DNA of 64,000 bases from an uncultured Bacilli bacterium (GTDB taxonomy: Bacteria > Bacillota_I > Bacilli_A > RF39 > UBA660): NCBI GenBank assembly GCA_944359055.1, contig CALVSO010000002.1:5935-69934 (forward strand). The letters are read 5' to 3'. Position numbers and translations under genes: made by a program. This document shows positions 41,691 through 52,839 of this stretch, piece after piece (within the stretch, counting starts at the first letter, position 1; every line of letters begins with the position of its first letter). The notes under the pieces are model-generated. The model did not search any database and was not told the origin of the DNA. It was given only the letters and a program-made list of their open reading frames with translations.

Positions 41691-42053
41691 ATGATTAAAA
41701 AAGAATCAAGAAATGTTGCCCGTGTTGCTAGACATACTCGTGTTAGAAACAAAGTAAAAGGTACTAGTGAATGCCCAAGATTAAATGTATTTAGAAGTAA
41801 TAGCAACATTTTTGCTCAAATCATTGATGATACTAAAGGTGTAACTTTAGTTAGTGCTTCTTCAATCGATAAAGAACTTAAATTAGAAAATGGTTCAAAT
41901 ATCGAAGCAGCTACTAAAGTAGGAGAACTTTTAGCTAAAAGAGCAAATAAATTAAAAATTACAAAAGTACAATTTGATAGAGGGGGATACCTTTATCATG
42001 GACGTGTAAAAGCATTAGCTGATGCAGCACGTGCAAATGGATTAGAATTTTAA
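41691..42053 (+). CDS. rplR: 50S ribosomal protein L18
   Basis: [18 protein letters not shown]. Confidence 0.94.
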   Translation: MIKKESRNVARVARHTRVRNKVKGTSECPRLNVFRSNSNIFAQIIDDTKGVTLVSASSIDKELKLENGSNIEAATKVGELLAKRANKLKITKVQFDRGGYLYHGRVKALADAARANGLEF

Positions 42054-42063
42054 GGAGGGAATT

Positions 42064-42567
42064 ATGGAAAAAACTAAAAGAGAACCACGCCCAAAACAAT
42101 TTGATGAAGAAATTATCAATATTGGTCGAGTTACAAAAGTAACTAAAGGTGGTCGTCATTTCCGTTTTTCAGCTACTGTAGCAGTAGGAGATCGTAAAGG
42201 TCGCGTTGGAATTGGAACAGGTAAAGCTAATGAAGTACCTGATGCAATTAAAAAAGCTGTTGCAGCTGCTACTAAAAACGTAGTTAGTGTATCAGTTGTT
42301 AATGGAACAATCCCACATGAAGCAACTGGTGTAGAAGGAGCTAGTAAGATTTTACTTAAACCTGCTTGTGAAGGTACTGGAGTTAAAGCTGGTGGTGCTG
42401 TAAGAGCAGTAGTAGAATTAGCTGGTGTTAAAAATATCTTATCTAAATCACTTGGATCAAATACAAAAGTTAATATGGCTTATGCTACATTAAAAGCATT
42501 AAGATCACAAAGAACAGTTGAAGAAGTTGCTAAATTAAGAGGAAAAAAAGTTGAGGAGATAATGTAA
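42064..42567 (+). CDS. rpsE: 30S ribosomal protein S5
   Basis: [20 protein letters not shown]. Confidence 0.95.
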   Translation: MEKTKREPRPKQFDEEIINIGRVTKVTKGGRHFRFSATVAVGDRKGRVGIGTGKANEVPDAIKKAVAAATKNVVSVSVVNGTIPHEATGVEGASKILLKPACEGTGVKAGGAVRAVVELAGVKNILSKSLGSNTKVNMAYATLKALRSQRTVEEVAKLRGKKVEEIM

Positions 42568-43010
42568 TGAAACTACATACAATGCAACCAAACGAAGGTG
42601 CTACAACTACAAGAAAACGTGTAGGACGTGGACCAGGTAGTGGATTAGGAAAAACTAGTGGTAAAGGTCATAAAGGACAAAACGCTCGTTCAGGCGGTGG
42701 AGTAAGACCAGGTTTTGAAGGTGGACAATTACCTTTATTCCGTAGATTACCAAAAAGAGGATTTAGTAACGCTAGATTTAAAACTAGATATGCAACTATT
42801 AACTTAAGTGATTTAAATAGATTTGAAGATGGAGCAGTTGTTACTCCAGAATTATTAAAAGAAATGGGATTAATTAAAAATCAATTAGATGGTATTAAAG
42901 TATTAGGTAATGGTAAATTAACTAAAAAATTAACTGTAAAAGCACATAAATTTTCTAGTAGTGCACAAAGAGAAATTGAAAGTAATGGTGGAAAAACAGA
43001 GGTGATTTAA
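42567..43010 (+). CDS. rplO: 50S ribosomal protein L15 (directly overlapping the rpsE stop; no L30 gene in between)
   Basis: [32 protein letters not shown]. Confidence 0.94.
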   Translation: MKLHTMQPNEGATTTRKRVGRGPGSGLGKTSGKGHKGQNARSGGGVRPGFEGGQLPLFRRLPKRGFSNARFKTRYATINLSDLNRFEDGAVVTPELLKEMGLIKNQLDGIKVLGNGKLTKKLTVKAHKFSSSAQREIESNGGKTEVI

Positions 43011-43011
43011 A

Positions 43012-44280
43012 ATGTTTGCAACTATTAAGCAAATATTTAATGCAAAAAATAAGGATATTCAAAAAAGAATATTATTCACCTTAGCTTGTTTATTTGTCTT
43101 TGTACTAGGAAAAGCAATAATTGTTCCGGGTATTGATAAATATCAATTAGGTGTAACGAATTTAGAATTTTTTCAATTAATTAATATCATAGGTGGTGGC
43201 GCTTTAGGGCAATTTTCTATATTTGCTTTAGGTGTAATGCCTTATATTACTGCATCAATTATTATTCAAATCTTAGCAATGGATATCGTCCCTTATTTGT
43301 CAGAATTAAAAAAACAAGGTGGTACAGGAAGAAACGAATTAAATAAAATAACTCGTATTTCTGGTATTGCTTTAGCTTTTGTTCAAGGATATGTTTATTC
43401 ATTTGCTTTCTTAGGAAGTGCTGGTAGTGGGATATTAAATATTGAATATTTACAATTTGCTTTAGTTTTAACAGCAGGAACTTGTTTATTATTATGGATA
43501 GGTGATCAAATTACTGCTAAAGGAATTGGCAATGGTATTTCTTTAATTATCATGGCTGGTATTATATCAAGCATGCCAACAATGTTTGCTACTGCATTTA
43601 ATGATTTAACTCAAAATTCATCTATAATAGGAATTTTATTGTTTATATTATATATTATAGTTTATGTTGCTATTACAATAGGTGTTGTATATGTTGAAGG
43701 CGCAGAAAGAAGAATTAATGTCCAATACGCTAATAAATCAAATAGTTCATTTGGTGGTAGACAAAACTATATTCCATTTAAACTAAATTCTGCAGGTGTT
43801 ATGCCGGTAATTTTCTCTTCAGCATTAATATCAATACCATCATTTATAGCATCATTTGTTAAAAATGATTCGTTTACAAATTTTGTTAAACAATATTTGT
43901 TAATGAATACTCCTATTGGATTTTCATTATATATAATTTTAATATTTGTATTTGCTTATTTTTATACGTTTATGCAAATTAAACCAAGTGAAATGAGTGA
44001 AAATTTAAATAAAAATGGTGGATTTATTCCAGGGGTAAGACCGGGTAAGGAAACTACTGAATATATAAGTTATGTAATTAGTAGAATTACAATTGTAGGA
44101 GCATTATTTTTAGCTATCTTAGCTGGTATTCCTGTTCTATTTGGTTTAATTCCAGGATTATCTCAAAATGTATCAATTGGTGGAACAGGATTATTGATTG
44201 TTGTAGGTGTTGCTTTAGAAACTTACAAACAATTAGAAAGTCAATTACAAAGTAGAAGTTATAGAAAAGGAAGAAGATAA
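43012..44280 (+). CDS. secY: Preprotein translocase subunit SecY
   Basis: 10-TM protein in the canonical position after rplO. GIMPYITASII motif. Confidence 0.95.
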   Translation: MFATIKQIFNAKNKDIQKRILFTLACLFVFVLGKAIIVPGIDKYQLGVTNLEFFQLINIIGGGALGQFSIFALGVMPYITASIIIQILAMDIVPYLSELKKQGGTGRNELNKITRISGIALAFVQGYVYSFAFLGSAGSGILNIEYLQFALVLTAGTCLLLWIGDQITAKGIGNGISLIIMAGIISSMPTMFATAFNDLTQNSSIIGILLFILYIIVYVAITIGVVYVEGAERRINVQYANKSNSSFGGRQNYIPFKLNSAGVMPVIFSSALISIPSFIASFVKNDSFTNFVKQYLLMNTPIGFSLYIILIFVFAYFYTFMQIKPSEMSENLNKNGGFIPGVRPGKETTEYISYVISRITIVGALFLAILAGIPVLFGLIPGLSQNVSIGGTGLLIVVGVALETYKQLESQLQSRSYRKGRR

Positions 44281-44927
44281 TGAGAGATATAATTTTAATA
44301 GCTCCTCCAGCTGCTGGTAAAGGAACTCAAGCAAAATTATTGTCTTCAAAATATCAAATACCTCATATTTCTACAGGAGATTTATTAAGAGCAGCTACTG
44401 GTGAGTTGGGCGATATAGTTAAAAAGACAATGGAAAGTGGATCTTTAGTATCTGATGATTTAGTATTAAAACTTTTAGAAGAAAGAATTACTAAGGAAGA
44501 TTGTCAAAATGGATATATTTTAGATGGTTTTCCACGAAATGTTTCTCAAGCTGAAAGCTATATGAAATTATTAGAAAAATTAAATAAACCACTTGGAGAT
44601 GTAATTTATTTAGATGCTTCTAAAGAAGTTACTCAAAAAAGAATTGTTGGAAGACTTACTTGTCCAACTTGTGGTGCTGTATATAATGATCAAATTGATG
44701 AAAGTAAACCAAAGAAATTTGGGACTTGTGATAAATGTAATGGACCTTTAAGTAAAAGAAGTGATGATAATTTAGAAACTTTTGAAAAAAGGTATCAAAC
44801 ATTTATGAATGAAACTTATCCATTATTAAATTATTTTAAAAATAAAGGTAAATTATTTACTGTAGGTAGTGGTATAAGTAAAGAAAGAACTTTAAATGAA
44901 ATTGAAAAGATAATTAATCGAGGTTAA
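44280..44927 (+). CDS. adk: Adenylate kinase (zinc-lid type)
   Basis: IAPPAAGKGTQA P-loop. CPTCG...CDKCNG lid. Confidence 0.95.
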   Translation: MRDIILIAPPAAGKGTQAKLLSSKYQIPHISTGDLLRAATGELGDIVKKTMESGSLVSDDLVLKLLEERITKEDCQNGYILDGFPRNVSQAESYMKLLEKLNKPLGDVIYLDASKEVTQKRIVGRLTCPTCGAVYNDQIDESKPKKFGTCDKCNGPLSKRSDDNLETFEKRYQTFMNETYPLLNYFKNKGKLFTVGSGISKERTLNEIEKIINRG

Positions 44928-44929
44928 AT

Positions 44930-45670
44930 ATGATTAAATCAAGTGAAGAAATAGAATTATTAAAAATTGCAGGGCAAATAGTTGGTGATACCCATAATTA
45001 TTTAAAACAATTTATTAAACCAGGTATTACTACTAAAGAATTAGATAAACTTGCTTATGATTATATTATAAGTAGAGATGCTACTCCTTCATTTTTAAAC
45101 TACGAAGGTTATCCTGCTTCTATTTGTACTTCGGTTAATGAAGAAGTAGTTCATGGTATTCCATCTGATAGAGTATTACAAGAAGGAGATATTATTTCAA
45201 TAGATATCGGTGCTTGTTATAAAGGCTATCATGGTGACTCTGCTTGGAGTTATCCAGTTGGAAATATTAGTGAAGAAAAAAAATATTTGTTAGAACATAC
45301 TGAAAAATCTTTATATGAAGGTTTAAGTGTTATTAAACCAGGTATGAAGATTGGTGATATCGGTTATGCTATTGAACAGTATGCATTAAAACATAAATTA
45401 GGTGTGGTTAAAGAATTAGTTGGACATGGTGTTGGTAAACATTTACACGAATCACCAGATGTTCCAAACTATGGAAGAAAAAACACAGGAATGACTTTAA
45501 GAAAAGGTATGGTTATTGCTGTGGAACCAATGCTTAATTTAGGAACTGCAGATATTTATATTTTAGATGATGATTGGACTATCATCACTGCTGATGATAA
45601 ACCATCTGCCCATTTTGAACATACAATTGTGGTTACTAAAGATGGGTATGAAATCTTAACAAAGAGGTGA
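44930..45670 (+). CDS. map: Type I methionine aminopeptidase
   Basis: Metal ligands in GHGVG and EHT contexts, 246 aa. Confidence 0.93.
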   Translation: MIKSSEEIELLKIAGQIVGDTHNYLKQFIKPGITTKELDKLAYDYIISRDATPSFLNYEGYPASICTSVNEEVVHGIPSDRVLQEGDIISIDIGACYKGYHGDSAWSYPVGNISEEKKYLLEHTEKSLYEGLSVIKPGMKIGDIGYAIEQYALKHKLGVVKELVGHGVGKHLHESPDVPNYGRKNTGMTLRKGMVIAVEPMLNLGTADIYILDDDWTIITADDKPSAHFEHTIVVTKDGYEILTKR

Positions 45671-45674
45671 TATA

Positions 45675-45890
45675 ATGGCTAATAATGATGTTATAGAAGT
45701 TGAAGGTAAAGTAATCGATGTTTTACCTAGAAATGAATATAGGATTGAATTAGAAAACAAACTTACTGTAATTGCTCGCGTTTCTGGTAAAATCCGAATG
45801 AACAAGATTCGCATTTTAACAGGTGATACAGTAGTTGTTGAACTTTCACCATACGATTTAACACGCGGGCGAATTACTTACCGAAAATAG
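45675..45890 (+). CDS. infA: Translation initiation factor IF-1
   Basis: S1-like 71-aa protein, [14 protein letters not shown]. Confidence 0.95.
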   Translation: MANNDVIEVEGKVIDVLPRNEYRIELENKLTVIARVSGKIRMNKIRILTGDTVVVELSPYDLTRGRITYRK

Positions 45891-45904
45891 TAGGAGGGAA
45901 TATT

Positions 45905-46018
45905 ATGAAAGTAAAACCATCAGTTAAAAAAATGTGTGATAAATGTAAGATAATCAGACGTAAGGGAAAAGTATATGTTATATGCTCTAACCCTAAACAC
46001 AAACAAAGACAAGGTTAA
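45905..46018 (+). CDS. rpmJ: 50S ribosomal protein L36 (below the ORF-track size cut-off; found by reading the infA-rpsM gap)
   Basis: Translates to [37 protein letters not shown], 37 aa. RBS aggagg. Confidence 0.9.
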   Translation: MKVKPSVKKMCDKCKIIRRKGKVYVICSNPKHKQRQG

Positions 46019-46032
46019 TAGGAGGTGTTTAT

Positions 46033-46398
46033 ATGGCACGTATTAAAGGTGTAGATATACCAGATAATAAAAGAATTGAAATCGCATTAACTTATATTTA
46101 TGGAATTGGTAGAAATTTATCAAACCAAATTTTAAAGGATGCTAATGTTGATATTAATAAAAGAGCAAAAGATTTAGATACTGATGAATTAGCTAGAATT
46201 CGTGACGAAGTTAACAAATATACTACTGAAGGTGATTTAAGACGTGAAGTTAGTATGAATATTAAAACTAAAATGGAAATCAATAGTTATCAAGGAACTC
46301 GTCATAAAAAAGGTTTACCTGTAAGAGGACAAAGAACTAATAGAAATGCTCGTACTCGTAAAGGTAAAGGTAAAGTAGTAGCTAATAAGAAAAAATAA
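46033..46398 (+). CDS. rpsM: 30S ribosomal protein S13
   Basis: [26 protein letters not shown]. Confidence 0.95.
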   Translation: MARIKGVDIPDNKRIEIALTYIYGIGRNLSNQILKDANVDINKRAKDLDTDELARIRDEVNKYTTEGDLRREVSMNIKTKMEINSYQGTRHKKGLPVRGQRTNRNARTRKGKGKVVANKKK

Positions 46399-46420
46399 TG
46401 CTTTAAAAGGAGGTTAAATT

Positions 46421-46804
46421 ATGGCTTATAAAGCAAGAAAAAGAAAAGTTAAAAAGAATGTCCCAGAAGGGAAAGCATATATTCATTCAACTTTTAATAA
46501 TACAATTGTTTCAATAAGTGATATGGATGGAAACGTAATTAGTTGGGCTTCTGCTGGAACTTTAGGTTTCAAAGGAAGTAAAAAATCTACTCCATTTGCT
46601 GCAGGTATGTCTGCTGAAGCTGCAGGTAAAGCTGCTGCTGATATGGGAATGAAAAAAGTAGAAGTATATGTTAAAGGATTGGGTTCAGGTAGAGAAACAG
46701 CAATTCGTTCATTACAAACTGCTGGATTAGAAATTACATCTATTTCTGATGTAACACCAATTCCACACAACGGATGCCGTCCACCAAAACGTCCAAGAGG
46801 ATAA
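46421..46804 (+). CDS. rpsK: 30S ribosomal protein S11
   Basis: [16 protein letters not shown]. Confidence 0.95.
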   Translation: MAYKARKRKVKKNVPEGKAYIHSTFNNTIVSISDMDGNVISWASAGTLGFKGSKKSTPFAAGMSAEAAGKAAADMGMKKVEVYVKGLGSGRETAIRSLQTAGLEITSISDVTPIPHNGCRPPKRPRG

Positions 46805-46823
46805 TTAAAAGGAGGATTAATAG

Positions 46824-47774
46824 ATGCTAAAATTTGAAAAACCAACATATAAAATAACTGAATATGTTGAAAATAATAATTATGGAAAATTTGAACTTGA
46901 ACCACTTGAAAGAGGTTTCGGAACTACTTTAGGTAATGCTTTAAGAAGAGTTATGTTATCAAGTATGCCAGGAAGTGCTATTGTAGCTGTTAAAATAGAT
47001 GGCGTTATGCATGAATTTCAAGCTGTTGATGGTATAGTAGAAGATGTAACTTCAATTATATTAAATTTAAAAAGTATTGTAATTAAAAATAATACAGAAG
47101 AAGATAAAGTATTACATTTACATGCTGATACTGAAGGAGTTGTAACAGCTGGAGATATTGAAACTGATTCCGATGTTGAAATTATTAACAAAGACCAAGT
47201 TATTGCTACTTTAGCTAAAGGTGGTAAACTTGATATGGAATTAATAGTAAGCAATGGTAGAGGTTATGTTCCAGGTAATGAAAATAAGAAATTCATTGAA
47301 AATAACAAAATCGGTTATATTCCAATTGATGCTTTATATTCTCCAATTGAAAGAATTAGTTATGAAGTAGATAACGCTCGTGTTGGTCAAGATGCTAATT
47401 ATGATAAATTAATATTAAGTGTTTATACAAATGGTTCTTTAAGACCAGAGGAAGCTATAGCTTTAGGCTCTAAAATTTTAATTGAACATTTAAATGTTTT
47501 GTTAGATTTGAGTGATATAGCTGATATGACTGGTATTATGTCTGCTAAAGAAGAAGATAGTAGATTAAAGAAATTAGAAACTCCAATCGAAGATTTAGAG
47601 TTCTCTGTAAGAGCATTTAATTGTTTAAAAAGAGCTAATATTAATACTTTAGGTGATTTAACAGCAAAATCAGAACTTGAAATGATGAAAATACGTAATT
47701 TAGGTAAGAAATCATTAAAAGAAGTTATTGATAAGATTAAAGGTATGGGACTTAGATTCCGTGAAGAAGACTAG
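46824..47774 (+). CDS. rpoA: DNA-directed RNA polymerase subunit alpha
   Basis: N-terminal dimerisation domain plus alphaCTD (LEFSVRAFNCLKRANI). Confidence 0.95.
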   Translation: MLKFEKPTYKITEYVENNNYGKFELEPLERGFGTTLGNALRRVMLSSMPGSAIVAVKIDGVMHEFQAVDGIVEDVTSIILNLKSIVIKNNTEEDKVLHLHADTEGVVTAGDIETDSDVEIINKDQVIATLAKGGKLDMELIVSNGRGYVPGNENKKFIENNKIGYIPIDALYSPIERISYEVDNARVGQDANYDKLILSVYTNGSLRPEEAIALGSKILIEHLNVLLDLSDIADMTGIMSAKEEDSRLKKLETPIEDLEFSVRAFNCLKRANINTLGDLTAKSELEMMKIRNLGKKSLKEVIDKIKGMGLRFREED

Positions 47775-47784
47775 GAGGTAATTT

Positions 47785-48141
47785 ATGGCTTATAGAAAAT
47801 TAGGACGTACTAATAAACATAGAAAAAGTATGCTAGCTAATTTAACTAAAGACTTAATCATAAATGAAAAAATTACTACAACAGAAACAAGAGCTAAAGA
47901 AGTTCGCAAATTTGTTGATAAAATGATTTCATATGGTAAAAAAGGTACTTTAGTATCACGTAGACAAGCTTTAGCATTCTTACATAACGATAACGAAGCA
48001 GTTAAAAAAGTATTTGATGTTTTGGCTCCTCGTTACGCTAAACGTAATGGTGGATACACTAGAATATTAAAACTTGATGAACGTCGTGGTGATGATGCGT
48101 TAATGGTTATTTTAGAATTAGTTGAGGAAGATGCAAAATAA
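47785..48141 (+). CDS. rplQ: 50S ribosomal protein L17
   Basis: [20 protein letters not shown]. Confidence 0.95.
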   Translation: MAYRKLGRTNKHRKSMLANLTKDLIINEKITTTETRAKEVRKFVDKMISYGKKGTLVSRRQALAFLHNDNEAVKKVFDVLAPRYAKRNGGYTRILKLDERRGDDALMVILELVEEDAK

Positions 48142-48155
48142 TGCATCTTTTTTGA
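48128..48155 (+). terminator. Intrinsic terminator of the alpha operon
   Basis: aagatgca-aaataa-tgcatctt 8-bp stem plus a T6 run. The rplQ stop codon lies in the loop. Confidence 0.7.
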
Positions 48156-48256
48156 TTAAGTAAAAAAACTTCAATTTGGAAGTTTATAAATAATGTTATT
48201 GATTAATTTAATTATCAATTACATGTATATATTTTAATATATAATTTTAAATAAAA

Positions 48257-48289
48257 AACCAACAATTAAATTTGATTTAACTGTTGGTT
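48257..48289. terminator. Bidirectional hairpin (13-bp stem with 1 mismatch) flanked by an A-run and a T-run. Terminates the minus-strand small membrane gene.
   Basis: aaccaacaattaa-atttga-ttaactgttggtt. The minus-gene stop codon lies inside the hairpin. Confidence 0.5.
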
Positions 48290-48646
48290 TTCAATTTTTT
48301 GTTCTTTAATCATTAAAACAGAAGAAACTATAATTAAGATTAATCCTAGCATACTTAAATAAAATCCTACTTCTATTTGAACAAGATTACTATGTTCAAA
48401 TTTGCTAAATACATTGAATAAGTCATATAATGTTATTCCAATACATAATAAACTAGATATCAAAGTAATTATTGGCTTTTTTTTGAAAATAAAAATAGCA
48501 CAAATAATTAAACCAAATAAAACTATTTTTCCATCACCTTCAAAAAAATTTATTTTAACAAATAATAAATTTAAAAATGGTAAAAATAATCCTAATCCAG
48601 CCATGGCACATCCTATGTACCCAAGAACATCTTTTTTCACTCCCAT
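48266..48646 (-). CDS. Hypothetical small membrane protein (4 TM)
   Basis: 126-aa hydrophobic ORF, the only clear minus-strand gene near the r-protein cluster. Flanked by terminators. Confidence 0.45.
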   Translation of the reverse strand: MGVKKDVLGYIGCAMAGLGLFLPFLNLLFVKINFFEGDGKIVLFGLIICAIFIFKKKPIITLISSLLCIGITLYDLFNVFSKFEHSNLVQIEVGFYLSMLGLILIIVSSVLMIKEQKIENQQLNQI

Positions 48647-48767
48647 ACAATCCTTTTTATAAGAATATAAAAAAAGAATAAAAATGTAAACAAATTTAAA
48701 TAAAAATATTAAAAAAGTTGTTACATGTAAAAAAATTTAGTATAATTATACATAGTGGGGTGGTAGG

Positions 48768-49523
48768 ATGAAAGCATTAATAACTGGTGCATCTAGTGGA
48801 TTAGGTGCGGAATTTGCTAAAATTTTAAGTGACAAAGGTTATGATTTAATATTAGTAGCTAGAAGAAAGAAAAAAATGGAAACACTAGCTAAGCAGTTAA
48901 AAACTAATGTCAAAATAATTGAATTAGATATATCTAGTACATATAATTGTATGAAATTATACGATGAAGTAAAAAAAGAAAAAATTGATATATTAATTAA
49001 TAATGCAGGATTTGGTTTGTTTGGTAAATTTAATGATACAAAATTAGATAGTGAATTAGATATGATTGATTTAAATATAAAAACTGTACATACTTTAACC
49101 AAATTATTTTTAAAAGATTTTAAAAAAAGAGATTCTGGTTATATATTAAATGTTGCTTCAGCAGCTGCTTTTTTACCAGGCCCTTTAATGAGCACTTATT
49201 ATGCTACTAAAGCTTATGTTTTACATTTAACATTAGCGATTAATGAAGAATTAAAAAAAGATAGTTCTAATGTCTATATAGGGGCATTATGTCCAGGTCC
49301 TGTAGATACTGAATTTAATAAAGTAGCTAAAGTTAAATTTAATTTACCAAGTTTAACTAGTAATTATGTTTGTGAATATGCTATTAAAGAAATGTTTAAA
49401 AATAAATCAATAATTATTCCTGGTGTAAAGACAAAAATAGGTATTTATTTATCAAAAATACTACCTACAAAATTAAAATTAGGAGTAAGTTATAAAATAC
49501 AGGAGTCAAAAGATAAGTGTTAA
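48768..49523 (+). CDS. SDR-family short-chain dehydrogenase/reductase
   Basis: ITGASSGLG Rossmann motif. YATKAYV catalytic Tyr-x3-Lys. Confidence 0.8.
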   Translation: MKALITGASSGLGAEFAKILSDKGYDLILVARRKKKMETLAKQLKTNVKIIELDISSTYNCMKLYDEVKKEKIDILINNAGFGLFGKFNDTKLDSELDMIDLNIKTVHTLTKLFLKDFKKRDSGYILNVASAAAFLPGPLMSTYYATKAYVLHLTLAINEELKKDSSNVYIGALCPGPVDTEFNKVAKVKFNLPSLTSNYVCEYAIKEMFKNKSIIIPGVKTKIGIYLSKILPTKLKLGVSYKIQESKDKC

Positions 49524-49593
49524 TATTTAACATTTTCTTTTTTTATTTGAAAAATAAGGCATTTTATAATATAATATTAGGTGGTGATGTATT

Positions 49594-50391
49594 ATGATTA
49601 CTATTCGAAATTTAACTTTTAAATATCGTACCAAAGATATATTTGATAATGTAGATTTGGATATAGAAAAAGGTAAAATAACATCTATTATTGGGCCTAA
49701 CGGAAGTGGGAAATCTACTTTAGTAAAAATATTAGTTGGATTATATAGATATAATGGGAAAATAGAAATAAACAATATTCCTTTATTAAAGGATAATAGA
49801 AAAGAAATAAGAAAAAGTATAGGTGTCGTATTTACAAATCCAGATAATCAATTTGTTGCAGAAACGGTTATGGATGATATTGCATTTACTTTAGAAAATA
49901 TGAATTATAAAAAAATTGATATTAGAAAAAAAATAGAAGAAGTATCTAAATACTTAGGTATTTATGACATATTAGAATGTAATCCACATGATTTAAATAG
50001 TAATCAAAAACAATTGGTTAGTTTAGCTTCTGCTTTAGTTCACGATCCTAAAATATTAATATTAGATGAAGCATTAACCATGTTAGATCCTTATGATAAA
50101 GAAAAAATATTAAAGATATTAAAAGAATTAAATAGTAAAGGATTAACTATTTTAAATATTAGTCATGATATTGAAGATACATTAATAAGTGATAAAATAT
50201 ATGTTTTAGATAAAGGTAAAATAGTTTTAAGTGGAACAAAAGAAGAAGTTTATAAAGAAGAAGATAAATTACATAAATTAGGATTTGAGTTACCTTTTAT
50301 GGTAGAATTATCTAATCGCTTAATGTTTTATGATTTGATTGATCATGTTATTTATGATATGGAAGAGATGGTGGATATTTTATGGAAGTAA
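49594..50391 (+). CDS. ecfA1: Energy-coupling factor transporter ATPase EcfA1
   Basis: Walker A GPNGSGKST, 265 aa. Position after rplQ as in Bacillus (ybxA). Confidence 0.85.
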   Translation: MITIRNLTFKYRTKDIFDNVDLDIEKGKITSIIGPNGSGKSTLVKILVGLYRYNGKIEINNIPLLKDNRKEIRKSIGVVFTNPDNQFVAETVMDDIAFTLENMNYKKIDIRKKIEEVSKYLGIYDILECNPHDLNSNQKQLVSLASALVHDPKILILDEALTMLDPYDKEKILKILKELNSKGLTILNISHDIEDTLISDKIYVLDKGKIVLSGTKEEVYKEEDKLHKLGFELPFMVELSNRLMFYDLIDHVIYDMEEMVDILWK

Positions 50392-51227
50392 AATTTAATC
50401 ATGTATTTTATGTTTATAATGAAAAAACACCTCTTTCTAAAATGGTTTTAGGTGATATAAATGCTACTTTTAAAGAAGGTAAAATAACTAGTATTATGGG
50501 TAAAAGTGGTAGTGGTAAGACTACTTTAATTGAACTTATAAATGCTTTAATAATTCCTACTAAAGGTAATATTCAAGTCGGAAGTAGAGTTATTAGTAAA
50601 ACAAGAAAAATTAAAAACATTAATAATTTAAGATATAAAATAGGATTGGTATTTCAAGTCCCTGAAGAACAATTTTTTTGTAAAACAGTTAAAGAAGAAA
50701 TTGAATTTGGAATGAAATATTTTAATAAATCAGTTAAAAGTATTCAAAAACATATAAGTGATGCTTTGATTATGATGGGATTAGACGATAGTTATTTAAA
50801 TAGGAATCCTTTTACTTTAAGTAGTGGAGAAATGAGAAAAGTTGCTATTGCTTCTGTTTTAGCTTTTAATCCTAAAGTAATCATATTAGATGAACCTACT
50901 ATTGGTTTAGATAATAAAAGTAAAGAAAATTTAATTAAAATCATTAAATTACTTAAAAATAGATATAAAAAAACTATTATTGTTGTAAGTAATGATACTG
51001 ATTTATTATTAAAAATAAGTGACCATGTTATTTTACTAGACAAAGGTAAAATTGTATTAGAAGGAAATAAGTATGATGTTTTTAAACAAGATATTGAAAA
51101 ATATAGTTTAAAAAGACCTAAAATAATTGAATTTGAACAATTAGTTTTAGAAAAAAAAGGAATAAAAATTGGGTATCGTGATGACATTAATGATTTAATG
51201 AAGGATGTGTATCGTTATGTTAAATAA
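50382..51227 (+). CDS. ecfA2: Energy-coupling factor transporter ATPase EcfA2
   Basis: Walker A GKSGSGKTT, signature LSSGEMRKVAIA. Confidence 0.85.
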   Translation: MEVKFNHVFYVYNEKTPLSKMVLGDINATFKEGKITSIMGKSGSGKTTLIELINALIIPTKGNIQVGSRVISKTRKIKNINNLRYKIGLVFQVPEEQFFCKTVKEEIEFGMKYFNKSVKSIQKHISDALIMMGLDDSYLNRNPFTLSSGEMRKVAIASVLAFNPKVIILDEPTIGLDNKSKENLIKIIKLLKNRYKKTIIVVSNDTDLLLKISDHVILLDKGKIVLEGNKYDVFKQDIEKYSLKRPKIIEFEQLVLEKKGIKIGYRDDINDLMKDVYRYVK

Positions 51228-51969
51228 AGTAATGATAGGTAGATATTATCCGATTGATTCTTTAGTTCACAAAATGAATCCTTTAGCTAAAATAATATGT
51301 GTGTTATTATTTATTATAATGAGTTTTTTAACTTTTGATATAAGATTTAATGTTTTATTATTAGTTTTATTAGTGCTTATGTTATGTAATACTAAAGTAC
51401 CATTTAAAATTTATTTTAAAACTATATTTAGTATTAAATGGTTATTATTATTTATATTAATTATTAATTTAATTGTTGGTAGCAATTTGGAAGTAACAAT
51501 TATAACTATGTTTAGATTGATATTTGTTGTTTTATATACATCAATTTTAACTTTAACAACACCACCAACTGAAATTACTTATGGTTTAGAAAAATTGTTT
51601 TTACCTTTAAAATTAATTGGAATCCCTGTTAATAAAATGGCTTTATCTATCAGTTTAGCTTTAAGATTTATTCCAACTATAATTGATCAAGGAAATAAAA
51701 TTATTAAATCTCAAGCGAGTCGTGGTATCGATTATTATAATTCTAATTTAAAGGGTAAAATATTAGCTATAAAATCTTTAATAATTCCTATGTTTGTTTT
51801 AAGTATTAAAAAGGCTGATGATTTAGCTGATTCAATGGAAGTAAGATTATATAATGTTAATAGTAAAAGAATTAATTTTAGACAAAATAGATGGCATTTT
51901 TATGATACATTTTTAGTATTAATGCATTTAGGTTTATTTATTTTAATTATGAAGGAAGTTGTATTATGA
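51217..51969 (+). CDS. ecfT: Energy-coupling factor transporter transmembrane component EcfT
   Basis: Polytopic. YYPIDSLVHKMNPLAKI N-terminus is typical of EcfT/CbiQ. ATG 51217 preferred. Confidence 0.8.
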   Translation: MLNKVMIGRYYPIDSLVHKMNPLAKIICVLLFIIMSFLTFDIRFNVLLLVLLVLMLCNTKVPFKIYFKTIFSIKWLLLFILIINLIVGSNLEVTIITMFRLIFVVLYTSILTLTTPPTEITYGLEKLFLPLKLIGIPVNKMALSISLALRFIPTIIDQGNKIIKSQASRGIDYYNSNLKGKILAIKSLIIPMFVLSIKKADDLADSMEVRLYNVNSKRINFRQNRWHFYDTFLVLMHLGLFILIMKEVVL

Positions 51970-52706
51970 GGTATTTAATTACATTTAGTTATGATGGTTC
52001 AAAATTTAAAGGTTATCAAAAGCAACCTAGATTGAAAACTGTACAAGGAGAAATAGAAAAAGCTTTAAAAGAATTGAGTGGTAAGGATATTTCAATATCA
52101 GGTTCAGGTAGAACAGATGCAGGTGTTCATGCTTTAAATCAAAAGGCTCATTTTGATTTAGATATGAATATTACATGTGATAAGTTACAAAAAGCGTTAA
52201 ATAGTTTTTTAAAAGATTATATTTATATTAAAAGAGTGGAAGAAGTAAGTGAAGATTTTCATGCTAGATTTAATGTTTCTGCTAAAGAATATATTTATAA
52301 AATAAATATGGGTGAATATAGTCCAATAGAAAAAGATTATATTTATCAATATAATAAAAAATTAGATTTAGTTGAAATGGAAAGAGCTTTAAAATATTTA
52401 GAAGGAACTCATGATTTTAAATCATTTTCAAAAGCAGATGAAGAAAAAGAAGATTTTACTAGAACTATTATTCAGACTAATTTAATTAGAAATGTTAAGG
52501 ATGTTAATAGATTCATTATTTCTTTTTTGGGTACTGGTTTTTTGAGATATCAAGTAAGAAATATGGTTGGTCTATTAATTGAAATAGGTGAAGGCAAAAG
52601 AAAAAGTGAAGAAGTATTAGATATATTAGAAGCTAAAGATAGAAGAAAAGCTGGTATTACTGCGCCACCTGAAGGATTATATCTTAAAGATGTTTTTTAT
52701 AAATAA
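51966..52706 (+). CDS. truA: tRNA pseudouridine(38-40) synthase TruA
   Basis: ISGSGRTDAGVHALNQ catalytic Asp motif. Confidence 0.88.
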   Translation: MRYLITFSYDGSKFKGYQKQPRLKTVQGEIEKALKELSGKDISISGSGRTDAGVHALNQKAHFDLDMNITCDKLQKALNSFLKDYIYIKRVEEVSEDFHARFNVSAKEYIYKINMGEYSPIEKDYIYQYNKKLDLVEMERALKYLEGTHDFKSFSKADEEKEDFTRTIIQTNLIRNVKDVNRFIISFLGTGFLRYQVRNMVGLLIEIGEGKRKSEEVLDILEAKDRRKAGITAPPEGLYLKDVFYK

Positions 52707-52733
52707 AAAGTTAACAAAAAACATATAATTTCA

Positions 52734-52762
52734 TTGACAAATATATGTTTTTTTTATATAAT
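52734..52762 (+). promoter_or_regulatory. Consensus sigma-A promoter (TTGACA-17-TATAAT) for rplM-rpsI
   Basis: Read directly. Confidence 0.6.
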
Positions 52763-52839
52763 TAATAGCGGTACATTAATTTATTCCCACATTTAATGAA
52801 TCTTGGGACAATTCATTATTTGGAAGAAAGGAAAATAAT
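52763..52839 (+). promoter_or_regulatory. rplM 5' leader with a hairpin (aatgaat-cttgggaca-attcatt); candidate L13 autoregulatory leader
   Basis: Inverted repeat read at 52795-52817. Firmicute rplM leaders are known cis-regulators. Confidence 0.3.

Noticed and set aside
45891-46032. Apparent gap between infA and rpsM
   Set aside because: It is not empty. It encodes the 37-aa L36 (rpmJ), which is annotated as a feature. It was simply below the ORF-track length cut-off.
49527-49775. 82-aa minus-strand ORF overlapping the ecfA1 start
   Set aside because: It lies antisense to a well-supported ATPase gene and its RBS. No RBS or conservation signal.
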